Assembly: GCA_965218975.1 (NCBI GenBank)
Contig: OZ244717.1
Location: 766,719-830,718, forward strand
Origin: Candidatus Oxydemutatoraceae bacterium
Lineage (GTDB): Bacteria; Pseudomonadota; Gammaproteobacteria; Poriferisulfidales; Oxydemutatoraceae
DNA: 64,000 nt
Reading direction: 5' to 3'
The stretch's first letter is position 1, and every line of letters begins with the position of its first letter. Shown here piece by piece: positions 27,562 through 37,837 of this stretch. The notes under the pieces are model-generated. The model had not been told where the DNA came from. It searched no databases and worked only from the letters and a program-made list of their open reading frames with translations. The position numbers and the translations under genes are program-made.

Positions 27562-27951
27562 ATGGCATACGGAAATAAAGTACTAGACCATTATGAAAAT
27601 CCGCGGAATGTCGGTTCCATGGACAAAAATGATCCTACTGTCGGAACCGGTATGGTGGGTGCGCCCGCGTGCGGTGACGTTATGAAACTACAAATTAAGG
27701 TTGATGATAACGGTGTCATTGAAGAGGCCAAGTTTAAAACCTATGGCTGCGGTTCTGCGATAGCGTCTTCCAGTCTGCTCACCGAATGGGTGCGAGGCAA
27801 GCGTCTCGATGAGGCGGAAGAGATCAAGAACACTCAGATCGTCGAAGAGTTATCGCTGCCGCCGGTGAAAATTCATTGCTCGATTTTGGCAGAGGACGCG
27901 ATCAAAGCGGCAATTGCCGATTATCGAGAAAAGCACGACAAAGCTGATTAA
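27562..27951 (+). CDS. iscU: Fe-S cluster scaffold IscU
   Basis: 129 aa: [11 protein letters not shown] ... [11 protein letters not shown] ... LPPVKIHCS. Confidence 0.95.
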   Translation: MAYGNKVLDHYENPRNVGSMDKNDPTVGTGMVGAPACGDVMKLQIKVDDNGVIEEAKFKTYGCGSAIASSSLLTEWVRGKRLDEAEEIKNTQIVEELSLPPVKIHCSILAEDAIKAAIADYREKHDKAD

Positions 27952-27974
27952 AGCAGCTGCGATCGGGTATTGAA

Positions 27975-28298
27975 ATGACGGTTTCATTGACCGATGCCGC
28001 CGCCAACCATGTCAAACGCTACTTGGCAAAGCGTGGTAAGGGTGTGGGGATTCGTCTAGGAGTGCGTACTACCGGCTGTTCGGGGATGGCGTACGTTATT
28101 GAATTTGCCGATAGAGTCGACAACAATGATGTAGTGGTGAAAGAAAAAGGTGTCACGATTGTGATTGATCCGAAAAGCGTCTTTTATCTGGGAGGCGCTG
28201 AGTTGGATTTCGGAAGAGAAGGTCTGAATGAAGGGTTTAAGTTCACAAACCCCAACGAGACGGGGCGCTGCGGTTGCGGGGAAAGTTTTAGCGTGTAG
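27975..28298 (+). CDS. iscA: A-type Fe-S carrier IscA
   Basis: 107 aa: [12 protein letters not shown] ... CGCGESF. Confidence 0.93.
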   Translation: MTVSLTDAAANHVKRYLAKRGKGVGIRLGVRTTGCSGMAYVIEFADRVDNNDVVVKEKGVTIVIDPKSVFYLGGAELDFGREGLNEGFKFTNPNETGRCGCGESFSV

Positions 28299-28353
28299 CC
28301 GATTCGGGCTTGAGTATATTACCGGTTGCACACTCATAAGCGTATAAATCATC

Positions 28354-28881
28354 ATGTCACTACAGCTTGCTGACAACTACTTCGAGTTGTTAGGTGTTGA
28401 TATTGATTTTCATGTGGCGCAAGAGAAAATTGACGACCAATATCAAAAATTTCAAATAATGTTGCATCCCGATCGTTATGCCGGTGCAAGTGAGCAAGTG
28501 CGACGGGTCGCTGCGCAAAAATCGGCTAGCATAAACGAAGCGTATCGCGTGTTGAGCGATGATTGCGCCCGTGCCGCCTACCTGCTTGAGTTGGAGGGAG
28601 TGCGATCCGACAGCGAGAAAGAAACGATCAAAGATCCCGAGTTTTTAGCGGAGCAAATGGGATTACGCGAACAATTGGCCGATGCTGGCGATGACGTTAC
28701 GACGTTGAAAGAAATTCGACAGACAGCGCAAGAAAAATTAACCGAATACGGTAAAGCCTTTGATCAAGCATATACGGGAAAAGCATTTGCTCAAGCCGGC
28801 ATGATATTGTTCCGAATGCAGTTTGCTCGTAAATTAAGCGCGGAAGCGAATGCAAAAATCAAATCTATTGCGCCGAACTAA
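28354..28881 (+). CDS. hscB: Co-chaperone HscB
   Basis: 175 aa with a J-domain (HPD in MLHPDRY). Confidence 0.9.
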   Translation: MSLQLADNYFELLGVDIDFHVAQEKIDDQYQKFQIMLHPDRYAGASEQVRRVAAQKSASINEAYRVLSDDCARAAYLLELEGVRSDSEKETIKDPEFLAEQMGLREQLADAGDDVTTLKEIRQTAQEKLTEYGKAFDQAYTGKAFAQAGMILFRMQFARKLSAEANAKIKSIAPN

Positions 28882-28889
28882 GATTAAGC

Positions 28890-30767
28890 ATGGCACTGAT
28901 TCAAATCACTGAGCCCGATAGCGTACCTGCGACTCGTCTGCGACGCTATGCTGTCGGTATTGATTTAGGGACCACCAATTCACTTGTTGCCACTGTGCGG
29001 GATGGTGTTGCCGTTACTTTACCTGATGCGGAAGGGCATCATAGCTTACCGTCTGTCGTACGCTATTCAAACGGCGAGGTGACAGTGGGTCGGGCGGCAG
29101 CGGCAGAGAGCATTGCCGACCCGTTCAATACGATTGCTTCGGTGAAACGCTTGCTCGGACGGCAGCCCGGGGAACTGAAAATATTATCCGATCGGATGCC
29201 GTATCGATTTGTCCGACAAGATACGGCAGTCGCGCACATTCGGACGGCGGCGGGTGTGAAAACTCCGGTAGAAGTTTCAGCAGATATTCTTCGTACGTTA
29301 TCGAAACGGGCAAAACGCAACATGGCAACCGATTACCTTGACGGAGTCGTGATTACCGTGCCCGCCTATTTTGACGATGCGCAACGTCAAGCGACGAAAG
29401 ATGCGGCAAAGCTTGCGAATCTAAAAGTATTGCGTTTATTAAATGAACCGACTGCAGCCGCGGTTGCGTACGGTTTGGATAGCGGTCAAGAAGGCACAAT
29501 TGTAGTTTATGACCTCGGCGGCGGGACTTTTGACGTATCGGTGTTGAACTTGGAGAAAGGAGTTTTCAAAGTGTTGGCGACCGGTGGCGATACCGCATTA
29601 GGGGGTGATGATTTCGATCGTTTGATTGCCGAGGACATGCTGCAAACCGGCAAGCGGATGATGTATGTCAATGAGGCTCCGACCACTTTACGTTATTTGA
29701 CACAGAGCGCACGTGAAATCAAAGAGGCGCTTAGCGAGCGGGAGACAGTGTCGCAAAAAATATGTTTGCCGGAGGGCGGGCAGTGGAATTACTCGCTATC
29801 GCGGCAGCAGTTTGAACGAATGATTGCGCCGTTAGTAACCAAGACGGCTCAAACATGCCGGCGTGTATTGCACGATGCCGATGTTATGCTGCAACAAGTT
29901 CGAGAAGTCATCATGGTCGGCGGGTCAACACGGGTGCCGCTCGTGCGTGATCAAGCGACTCGAATATTCGGACGTAGCCCGCGTGTCGACATTGATCCCG
30001 ATAAAGTAGTGGCAGTCGGCGCCGCGATACAAGCGGATATCCTCGTCGGCAACAAACCGGATAATGATGCGCTTTTGCTTGATGTAATTCCGTTATCGCT
30101 CGGTGTCGAGACGATGGGCGGATTGGCTGAAAAATTAATTCCACGCAACACAACAATCCCTGTGGAGCGAGTCCAAGAATTTACCACATTTCGCGATAGT
30201 CAGACCGGAATATCTATCCATGTGCTGCAAGGCGAACGCGAGCTTGTTCGTGACTGCCGTTCATTGGCAAAGTTTGAGCTGAAAGGATTACCGCCAATGG
30301 TTGCGGGCGCGCCGCGTGTTCGTGTTACTTTTCGAGTGGATGCCGACGGATTGCTGTCGGTTGAAGCGGCAGAGCAAACGCAGGGCATTAGCACCCGTGT
30401 CGAAGTACGTCCTTCCTATGGTCTAACGGACGGCGAGATTGAACGAATGTTGGTTGATTCGGTAGAGTATGCTAGAGAAGATATGCATGTGCGTAAGTTA
30501 AGAGAACAGCAAATTGAGGCAAAACGAGTGATTGAATCTTTGCAATCGGCTATGGCAAAGGATGCGGGTCAGCTATTAAATGCGGATGAACTTGCGCTGA
30601 TTAATGCGGCGAAGAAAGATTTACAGGCGGCGCTAACGGGCGATGATGCCGATGAAATTCGTTGCAAGGTGGAAGCTTTGGAGCAAGCGAGTGAAGCGTA
30701 TGTTTCTCGGCGAATGAATGATAGTATTCGTGCCGCGATGCTCGGCCGAAACGTGGATTATTTTTAA
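28890..30767 (+). CDS. hscA: Fe-S chaperone HscA (Hsp70 family)
   Basis: 625 aa: GIDLGTTNSLVA ... VYDLGGGTFDVS ... VGGSTRVP. Confidence 0.95.
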   Translation: MALIQITEPDSVPATRLRRYAVGIDLGTTNSLVATVRDGVAVTLPDAEGHHSLPSVVRYSNGEVTVGRAAAAESIADPFNTIASVKRLLGRQPGELKILSDRMPYRFVRQDTAVAHIRTAAGVKTPVEVSADILRTLSKRAKRNMATDYLDGVVITVPAYFDDAQRQATKDAAKLANLKVLRLLNEPTAAAVAYGLDSGQEGTIVVYDLGGGTFDVSVLNLEKGVFKVLATGGDTALGGDDFDRLIAEDMLQTGKRMMYVNEAPTTLRYLTQSAREIKEALSERETVSQKICLPEGGQWNYSLSRQQFERMIAPLVTKTAQTCRRVLHDADVMLQQVREVIMVGGSTRVPLVRDQATRIFGRSPRVDIDPDKVVAVGAAIQADILVGNKPDNDALLLDVIPLSLGVETMGGLAEKLIPRNTTIPVERVQEFTTFRDSQTGISIHVLQGERELVRDCRSLAKFELKGLPPMVAGAPRVRVTFRVDADGLLSVEAAEQTQGISTRVEVRPSYGLTDGEIERMLVDSVEYAREDMHVRKLREQQIEAKRVIESLQSAMAKDAGQLLNADELALINAAKKDLQAALTGDDADEIRCKVEALEQASEAYVSRRMNDSIRAAMLGRNVDYF

Positions 30768-30790
30768 CCTGAGATTTTTTAGATCTAGCG

Positions 30791-31129
30791 ATGCCGACCA
30801 TTACATTTATGTCGCATGAAGTGCTTTGCCCGCAAGGCAAAGTAGTTGAAGTTGTGTCGGGCACGAGCATTTGTGATGCGGCGCTTGATAACGGTATTGA
30901 GTTGGAACATGCTTGTGAAAAATCATGTGCTTGCACAACATGCCATGTTTATGTGCGTCGCGGTTATGATTCTTTGGCCGAGCCAAGTGAAAACGAGGAG
31001 GATTATTTGGATAAAGCATGGGGGCTTGATCCGGATTCGCGATTAGGTTGCCAAGCAAAAGTTTCGGATGAAGATTTGGTCGTGGAAATTCCAAAGTACA
31101 CGATTAATCTTGTTTCCGAGCAACATTGA
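30791..31129 (+). CDS. fdx: [2Fe-2S] ferredoxin of the isc operon
   Basis: 112 aa: CEKSCACTTCHV ... SRLGCQ. Confidence 0.92.
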   Translation: MPTITFMSHEVLCPQGKVVEVVSGTSICDAALDNGIELEHACEKSCACTTCHVYVRRGYDSLAEPSENEEDYLDKAWGLDPDSRLGCQAKVSDEDLVVEIPKYTINLVSEQH

Positions 31130-31153
31130 CTACTCAATGGTAACAGAGGGAAG

Positions 31154-31354
31154 ATGGCTTTGAAATGGGTTGACAGTTTGGAAATCGCACTTGTTCTGGA
31201 AGAAGCGTATCCCGATATAGACCCGCGGTATGTTCGGTTTACCGATTTGGCAAAGTGGGTGTGCGAACTAAAAGATTTTGACGACGACCCTAATCATTGC
31301 GGCGAAAGAGTTTTAGAGGCGATTCAGTCCGCGTGGATTGAAGAGCGCGCATAA
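31154..31354 (+). CDS. iscX: Fe-S assembly protein IscX
   Basis: 66 aa acidic protein ([24 protein letters not shown]). Positioned after fdx. Confidence 0.88.
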   Translation: MALKWVDSLEIALVLEEAYPDIDPRYVRFTDLAKWVCELKDFDDDPNHCGERVLEAIQSAWIEERA

Positions 31355-31413
31355 TTTATCATCGCGGCGATATTCCAGCCAGCCTGCAACATCGTTTTAA
31401 GGGGAAAATTATA

Positions 31414-31842
31414 ATGCTTGAAAAGACTTTGTCTATCGTAAAGCCGGACGCGGTCCGCAATAATGCTATCGGCCGCATTTACGCATGTTTTGAACGTGCC
31501 GGTTTACGGGTTATTGCGGCAAAGATGTTACATTTATCCGTTCGACAAGCACAGGAATTCTATGCAATTCACCGCGGCAAATCCTTTTTTGCCGCGTTAA
31601 TTGAATTTATGACCTCGGGACCAATAATGGTGCAGGTACTTGAGGGCGATAATGCCATCGCGAAAAACCGTGAGATTATGGGTGCGACGGATCCTCAAGA
31701 AGCGGCGGCAGGCACTATTCGCGCCGACTTTGCCGCTTCAATTGACCAAAATGCGGTACATGGATCGGACGAACAAGATACCGCCGAGCGAGAAATTAAT
31801 TTTTTCTTTAACGCTGATGAAATGTATCCGAGACCCGATTAG
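31414..31842 (+). CDS. ndk: Nucleoside diphosphate kinase
   Basis: 142 aa: [10 protein letters not shown] ... NAVHGSD. Confidence 0.93.
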   Translation: MLEKTLSIVKPDAVRNNAIGRIYACFERAGLRVIAAKMLHLSVRQAQEFYAIHRGKSFFAALIEFMTSGPIMVQVLEGDNAIAKNREIMGATDPQEAAAGTIRADFAASIDQNAVHGSDEQDTAEREINFFFNADEMYPRPD

Positions 31843-32083
31843 ACCGAATATGATGGAAGCGCTACGCACTTGTTTTTCAACTTTTAATCTGTTCGGATTT
31901 AATACCGTTGTCTTCCCGCAACCGCTATATTTTAATTTATGTTTTAAACCTGCCGGTGGCGATTATGCACACAATACCTTACCTTACCTTACCTTTTATA
32001 AGATTTGCTGCATTCGCTGATTTAATTCGATCAATGTGCCGTGAGTATGTCCGACGATTCGGCTATCGGTTTGAGAAAAGGCG

Positions 32084-33160
32084 ATGGTAGCGAGCAGCGA
32101 AGCAATCAACTTTCCGAAACAGAGAAATCCATCCGAAAACAAACCGGATAATATATTAGGGATGCCGCGCCGGCATTTTGTTTCACGGTTGCGGCAATGG
32201 GGAATCAAACCGGCGCATGCGCCGACGATTATGCGACAAATACATAAGCGTGGGGTTCTGTCGCCTAAAGAAATGTTTGGCATCAATGCGACTTCTCGCG
32301 CTCGATTGACGACGCATTTGGCAACTTCCTTGCCTAAGTTGTGTGCTTGCAAGATCTCAACAGACGGCACACAGAAATGGCGGTTACATTTTTCTGATGG
32401 GGTATCCGCTGAAAGCGTCATCATTCCCGGCGCACGACGTATCACCTTATGCGTTTCGTCGCAGGCTGGATGCGCCTTAAATTGCGCCTTTTGTGCGACT
32501 GCTAAAAGCGGATTCGTACGCAATTTGAGTTCGGCCGAGATCATTAGTCAGTTATGGCTCGCCAACCGAGCACTTGCGCCGCAGGCAAAAACAATATGTA
32601 ATGTCGTATTTATGGGAATGGGTGAACCATTATTGAACTTTTCTGCTGTCGCCTCTGCTATCGAAATTATGCGCGATGATCATGCATACGGATTAAGCCG
32701 GCGCAGAGTGGTTGTCAGTACTGCCGGACATATTGCGGGTATGCGTAAGATAGCTCGTTACACTGATGCAAGTCTGACAGTTTCGTTACACGCGCCCGAT
32801 GATAAACTGCGCGACTATTTGGTGCCCCTGAACAAGAGATATCCCATAGAGAAACTATTGGATGCTTGTTACGACTATCTCAATCACCGACCGGCAAGTG
32901 AAAAGATAATTTTGGCTTATACGATGCTAAAGAACGTGAATGACGGCATTGATTGCGTCAAGCGTCTTGCCGGTTTGATCAAAGAATTGCCTGCCAAAGT
33001 TAACCTGATCCCTTTCAATTCGTTTCCGGGCAGCAGTTTTGAGTGCGCAACCTCCGATGCAATTTCTGCCTTTCGCGATGTACTGATGGAGCATGATATT
33101 TTTACTGTTGTCAGGCGTCCTCGCGGTGACGCTATTTCTGCGGCATCCGGAATATTATAA
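32084..33160 (+). CDS. rlmN: Radical SAM 23S rRNA/tRNA A-C2 methyltransferase RlmN (variant C-terminus)
   Basis: 358 aa: TLCVSSQAGCALNCAFCAT (CxxxCxxC) ... GMGEPL ... RGDAISAASGIL*. Confidence 0.85.
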   Translation: MVASSEAINFPKQRNPSENKPDNILGMPRRHFVSRLRQWGIKPAHAPTIMRQIHKRGVLSPKEMFGINATSRARLTTHLATSLPKLCACKISTDGTQKWRLHFSDGVSAESVIIPGARRITLCVSSQAGCALNCAFCATAKSGFVRNLSSAEIISQLWLANRALAPQAKTICNVVFMGMGEPLLNFSAVASAIEIMRDDHAYGLSRRRVVVSTAGHIAGMRKIARYTDASLTVSLHAPDDKLRDYLVPLNKRYPIEKLLDACYDYLNHRPASEKIILAYTMLKNVNDGIDCVKRLAGLIKELPAKVNLIPFNSFPGSSFECATSDAISAFRDVLMEHDIFTVVRRPRGDAISAASGIL

Positions 33161-33204
33161 AAATGAGGTCAAGTGTTAATCTTGGCGGATTTCATTGATG
33201 GCCC

Positions 33205-34236
33205 TTGAACGCAATGAATTTTTATAGGTATATACTTGGCGGAAAATCCCTGACGATTGTTTACGCAAAGAGAATTCTCCATGAATTTCGCCCGATGAAG
33301 CGTTGGCTATTACTCCGGTTAGTCAATTTAGAAGCAAATCTTTTTAACAAAATCAAGCCGCGTTCTTGGCATAAAAAGTTAGGGGGTATAAATATCAGAG
33401 AGGAAGTCCAAGCCTATCTGCATGAAGATTCCAAAGTGATGTATCTTGCGATTCACAAATCGGCAAGCACATCGCTGAGGCGCACTTTTCTGGGCAGTGA
33501 GACAGTGCGGGAGCAGCTCGACCAAGAAAAGAAAAAAGCATCGCATAATTGCAAGGTTTCTTTTACCAGCGGCGATATATCCATTGCACTTATTTTCAGC
33601 AAGGGTAGTAGTAGTAGTAGAAGGATATTCGCAGATAGCAAAATAAGAGCGCTATCCGATTTTGAGGGTGGCGGCACGTTATCTATTTCCAGTTATGACA
33701 AAGAGGGGAAGTTCAATGCTCGCAAGGTCGGCATAGAGGAAATTAACGCTTATTTCATTTTTACTTTCGCACGTAATCCTTTCGCTAGATTTGTTTCTTG
33801 CTTTGTCGACAAATATCCCCCCCCTCGTTCCGGTTCAGACCAACACACTTTCAGGGATAATATTTTCCCGTACATTTATAGAGTGCGTAATTTTTTGGAT
33901 TTGGCACGTAGAGTTTCCCGCTTACCTCACAGTTATTTGGATAGGCATCTTCTACCGCAATTTTTTCATATAGAGAGATTCACCCGCTATGGCTGCAAGC
34001 TTGATTTTATCGGCAAAGTGGAAAATATTGCCGAAGATTTTGCACCGATCCGGGAAAAGTATGGTTTATTACCGTTAGAAACGGTGAATCAAAAATTACG
34101 TCTCAGGCGGCAAAACTGGCAAGATTATTACACGCCTAAAACAGCAAAACTAGTTTATGGCATATACCGCAAAGACTTTGAACTTTTTGGTTATGAAGAA
34201 GAGTACCCCAAACTTTTGGCTTATCTGCGGCGATAG
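33205..34236 (+). CDS. Sulfotransferase family protein (Sulfotransfer_2-like; start may be an internal Met)
   Basis: IHKSASTSL matches the 5'-PSB-like motif and FARNPFARFVSCF the 3'-PB-like RxPxxRxxS motif. The gene is visibly AT-richer than its flanks. Confidence 0.65.
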   Translation: MNAMNFYRYILGGKSLTIVYAKRILHEFRPMKRWLLLRLVNLEANLFNKIKPRSWHKKLGGINIREEVQAYLHEDSKVMYLAIHKSASTSLRRTFLGSETVREQLDQEKKKASHNCKVSFTSGDISIALIFSKGSSSSRRIFADSKIRALSDFEGGGTLSISSYDKEGKFNARKVGIEEINAYFIFTFARNPFARFVSCFVDKYPPPRSGSDQHTFRDNIFPYIYRVRNFLDLARRVSRLPHSYLDRHLLPQFFHIERFTRYGCKLDFIGKVENIAEDFAPIREKYGLLPLETVNQKLRLRRQNWQDYYTPKTAKLVYGIYRKDFELFGYEEEYPKLLAYLRR

Positions 34237-34887
34237 ATGGAATTTTAGTCGCCAACATAAAAAGTTAGCTGAGCATTTATAAAATGAGAGTAACAGCAAA
34301 CGGTATTCCAAAGATTATTTGGATGATGTGGTATCCGAACCCTACGCAATCCTCTCAATCTTGGAACGCCGCTCCTGATCATGCTGGCAATCATGGCGTT
34401 GCCATAACCGCGACTGGAAAGTCACTTTAATCAACGAGCGAAACTTTTCACAATCGGAGCGGGAGCCGGCGACTCGGCTTACTGTTCCGGTATGACAATC
34501 CGCAATCAGGCAAAATATGTTCAAATGCAATACCAAAGTAATCAGTATCGTCGCACGACGGTGATCGTTCTTTATGATTGAAGCGAAATTGTCGCGACAG
34601 TAAGCTGGAGTACGCCATACAGCGAGTCTCACAGGTCAGACTGTTCCGGCGGGCGGAGTATGAAAACCGTAGCTGGTTCAAAACGGACTAAAGTAACGTC
34701 AACCGATGTTTTTGAAACGTTAAATTGGGATTTGCGGATTTTATGTATATAATTTCTTTCCGAGAAGAGAAGGGTTGATTCGGCTAGGTTAAGGAGCAAG
34801 GCAAGGCGTTATTGCCTGTGTGATTGTAGTCCGTGCCGCATCATCATAGAATATCGCCTATTTCCTTACTCAATTAGAGATTACGAT

Positions 34888-35766
34888 GTGTTTGTTACAC
34901 TTAAAGACGGCAAAATGCAGAATGAAGCGTATAACTCTACGAATATTGGCGAATATTTAGCATACCAGCGAGAAAAGCAGGGTCTTTCTCAAGAGAAAGT
35001 CGCACAAGGACTGTGTCTGTCGGTCGAACGTGTCCGAATGCTTGAAAAATTAACCGGCGAACCGAGTCTGCACGATGTGTATACGCGAGGCTACTTACGC
35101 AGTTACTGTAAATTGCTGAAGCTTGAGTCCGGCATGATGTCTTCGTTGATGAACACCAAAGCGCCGCATTATACCGACGAGTCGGACACGGTGACGGATG
35201 AGCGTACACATGAATTGATTCGAATTTGGGGGTCCGCCGTCATTATCACGGCTATTGTCGGATTGCTTGCGCTATGGTGGATAGAGCAAAACAGTAAAAT
35301 TTCGGGAACTGAAATAATAACGCCGACATATTCCACGCAGGGGACCCCGTCTGACAAAATACCCAATGAATCATTTATTCCGATGCCCGATTTAATTTCT
35401 AGTAGAACGGCGACCTCCGCCTTTGAAACAACCGGACAGTCGGAGCAGTTATCGACGCCGGATGTAACTAAAGGCGAGGATGCGATATTTCGGGGAGTGC
35501 GCAATGATGCGAGTAGCCATTTGACTTCTTTGACAATCTACGCGGATAAACAATGTTGGACTTACATCTCCGATCGGGTTGGCAATGTGATTGTGAATCG
35601 TTTGCTTGAACCTGGCTATCGACGAACGGTATTCGGATTTGCCCCGTTTAAGGTTAAATTCGGTGATGCAACCGGAATCCGATTATGGGTGAATGATGAA
35701 CCTTACAATCTGCACCGGCATATTTCGTCACTCCGTACTGCGTTTTTTGAACTGCAGGTTAAATGA
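34888..35766 (+). CDS. rodZ: Cytoskeleton protein RodZ
   Basis: Has an N-terminal Cro/C1 HTH (GEYLAYQREKQGLSQEKVAQGL), one TM helix, and a C-terminal DUF4115-like domain (CWTYISD ... FKVKFGDATGIRLWVN). Confidence 0.8.
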   Translation: MFVTLKDGKMQNEAYNSTNIGEYLAYQREKQGLSQEKVAQGLCLSVERVRMLEKLTGEPSLHDVYTRGYLRSYCKLLKLESGMMSSLMNTKAPHYTDESDTVTDERTHELIRIWGSAVIITAIVGLLALWWIEQNSKISGTEIITPTYSTQGTPSDKIPNESFIPMPDLISSRTATSAFETTGQSEQLSTPDVTKGEDAIFRGVRNDASSHLTSLTIYADKQCWTYISDRVGNVIVNRLLEPGYRRTVFGFAPFKVKFGDATGIRLWVNDEPYNLHRHISSLRTAFFELQVK

Positions 35767-35787
35767 CGTATTAATACGGGTTTCGGA

Positions 35788-37161
35788 GTGGAAAGAGTTC
35801 AATCGGTTAAAGGAATGCATGACGCCTTACCTGAGCAGGTATGCGCGTGGCGTTTGATTGAAAGTCGCGCAAGCGAATTACTCAATGGCTATGGCTATCG
35901 TGAGATACGGCTACCAATCCTTGAGAAGGCCGAATTATTTAGGCGTTCGATCGGTGATGTAACCGATATTGTTGAGAAGGAAATGTACACATTTAAGGAT
36001 GTGGGTGAGGATTTATTGAGCCTGCGTCCGGAAGGCACTGCAAGTTGCGTACGTGCATGCTTACAGCATGGTTTGATCGGCAAAGGTCGGCGGGAGCGGC
36101 TTTGGTATAGCGGACCTTTTTTCCGCCGTGAACGCCCGCAGAAAGGGCGTTACCGACAGTTTTATCAAATAGGAGCGGAGGCCTTTGGCTTTGAAAGGCC
36201 TGATATTGACGCTGAGCTCATCATTCTTCTTGATTCTTTAATTACCCATAGATTGCCTGTGATCGGCGATTTTTCGATTGAGATCAACACGCTTGGCAAC
36301 GCCAAGTCGCGAGTGCGCTATCGTGCCGTTTTGACTGATTATTTAAAGAGATACGAAAAAGAGATGGACGAAAATGCGCGAAAACGGATACTGACCAATC
36401 CATTACGTGTATTAGATAGCAAAGATGAAAAAACCCAAAAGATTGTTTGCGACGCGCCGAAGATTGAAGATTTTTTGGATGATCCTTCCCGCAAACATTT
36501 TGATCGGTTGCAAACTCTATTACAAAAAGCCGGAGTCGTTTACCGTGTGAATCCCCATTTAGTGCGCGGACTTGATTACTACACGCACACTGTTTTCGAG
36601 CTTGTTTTGTCGGGTGTAACCGACGGCGGTTACGCATTGTGTGCCGGCGGGCGTTACGATAATCTGGTTGAACAGTTAGGCGGAATGTCAGTTCCCGCAG
36701 TTGGCTTTGCTATTGGGGCGGACCGTCTGGCTTTGCACTTGGGGCGGCAAAATCCGCTGCCTCAATCGGCGGACATTTATGTCGTCGCGGTCGGAAGAGA
36801 GGCTGAGGATTACGCCCAAAGTTTTATTGCAAAATTGCGCAAAAATATGTTTCTCAATGAACAAAGCAATCTAAAATTCATTCGTGATCAGCGCCAAAAG
36901 GATTTGAACAGAAGAGATATTTATCCGCAACCGAAACGTGAGCCACGCATTGTCGTCAATATCGGCGGTGAAAAAATCAGTTCGCAATTAAAAAAAGCCA
37001 ACAAGTCGGGTGCGTCTATCGCACTGATTTTCGGGGATGAAGAAATGGCGAGTCGGACTGTAACGGTTAAGTTTATGCGATCATCGTGCGATCAGGAATG
37101 CATTCCCGCCGCTGATATTTGCGAACAATTAAGCGCATGGCAATCCAAAGGGCTGTGGTAG
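35788..37161 (+). CDS. hisS: Histidine--tRNA ligase
   Basis: 457 aa: VKGMHD ... LRPEGT ... FRRERPQKGRYRQF ... GGRYD. GTG start. Confidence 0.93.
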   Translation: MERVQSVKGMHDALPEQVCAWRLIESRASELLNGYGYREIRLPILEKAELFRRSIGDVTDIVEKEMYTFKDVGEDLLSLRPEGTASCVRACLQHGLIGKGRRERLWYSGPFFRRERPQKGRYRQFYQIGAEAFGFERPDIDAELIILLDSLITHRLPVIGDFSIEINTLGNAKSRVRYRAVLTDYLKRYEKEMDENARKRILTNPLRVLDSKDEKTQKIVCDAPKIEDFLDDPSRKHFDRLQTLLQKAGVVYRVNPHLVRGLDYYTHTVFELVLSGVTDGGYALCAGGRYDNLVEQLGGMSVPAVGFAIGADRLALHLGRQNPLPQSADIYVVAVGREAEDYAQSFIAKLRKNMFLNEQSNLKFIRDQRQKDLNRRDIYPQPKREPRIVVNIGGEKISSQLKKANKSGASIALIFGDEEMASRTVTVKFMRSSCDQECIPAADICEQLSAWQSKGLW

Positions 37162-37198
37162 AATCAGTTGGTTTTTAAGTAGCACCAAGAGGGATACT

Positions 37199-37837
37199 AT
37201 GGCAAAAAAGCGATCGGTTTTCCGCGTCGGTACCGAACGTACCGAAGAGGAAACGCTGACGGCGGCACAAGCTTGGTGGAAGCAGCGCTGGCCGGCAATT
37301 ATCGGTGGGTTGGCGCTTGGTATTACCGGAGTCGGCGGTTGGTACGGTTGGCAAAATTATGTGGAAAATCGGCGTCAGACGGCGTCGGAAATCTACCTGG
37401 ATCTTGTTCGGCAAGAAGATTCGGTCGAAAGTGTAAAACTGCTTGCGCAGTTGGAAAATTATCCGGGCACGGTGTATTTATCGCTTGGAAAAATGCAACG
37501 TACGCGTACTTTGGTCGAGGAAGGTGATTTGGAAAAAGCGGCGGAGTATTTGCAGTGGGTCATTGACCATTCACCGCAAAGTGCGATGGTTTTACTTGCG
37601 GAGTACCGACTGTTACGGGTCTTCCTGGCTCAGGGAAAGTATCAGGAAGTTTTCGATATATTGCAAGAATATAACTACAGCATTGCCGCAGAATCTTATT
37701 TTCTTGAGCTGAAAGGCGATGCATTGGTCGGTTTGGGTCGTTATAACGAAGCAGTGAGCGAATATCGGAAAGCGTTATCCGATAATCCTAATCCGACTGC
37801 TCTACTCCGGATGAAGCTCGATAACCTTGGCGGTTGA
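37199..37837 (+). CDS. yfgM: YfgM-like TPR membrane protein
   Basis: 212 aa with an N-terminal TM anchor then TPR-like helices. Sits in the conserved position between hisS and bamB. Confidence 0.75.
   Translation: MAKKRSVFRVGTERTEEETLTAAQAWWKQRWPAIIGGLALGITGVGGWYGWQNYVENRRQTASEIYLDLVRQEDSVESVKLLAQLENYPGTVYLSLGKMQRTRTLVEEGDLEKAAEYLQWVIDHSPQSAMVLLAEYRLLRVFLAQGKYQEVFDILQEYNYSIAAESYFLELKGDALVGLGRYNEAVSEYRKALSDNPNPTALLRMKLDNLGG

Noticed and set aside
31976-31995. An (acctt)x4 pentanucleotide repeat lies upstream of rlmN and could be a phase-variation tract.
   Set aside because: It has only four copies, sits about 90 nt from the start codon, and has no obvious promoter element. It is probably incidental.
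31996-32544. A 182-aa minus-strand ORF overlaps the rlmN start region.
   Set aside because: It is antisense to the recognisable RlmN N-terminus and radical-SAM motif, and has no motifs of its own.
34342-34681. Two overlapping minus-strand ORFs (96 and 77 aa) between the sulfotransferase and rodZ might be transposase remnants.
   Set aside because: I recognise no motif in any frame. I report the region only as probable decayed sequence.
35767-35787. ispG is absent between rodZ and hisS, where E. coli has rodZ-ispG-hisS.
   Set aside because: Synteny at this point varies among gammaproteobacteria, and the 21-nt junction shows no scar. The gene is most likely located elsewhere.
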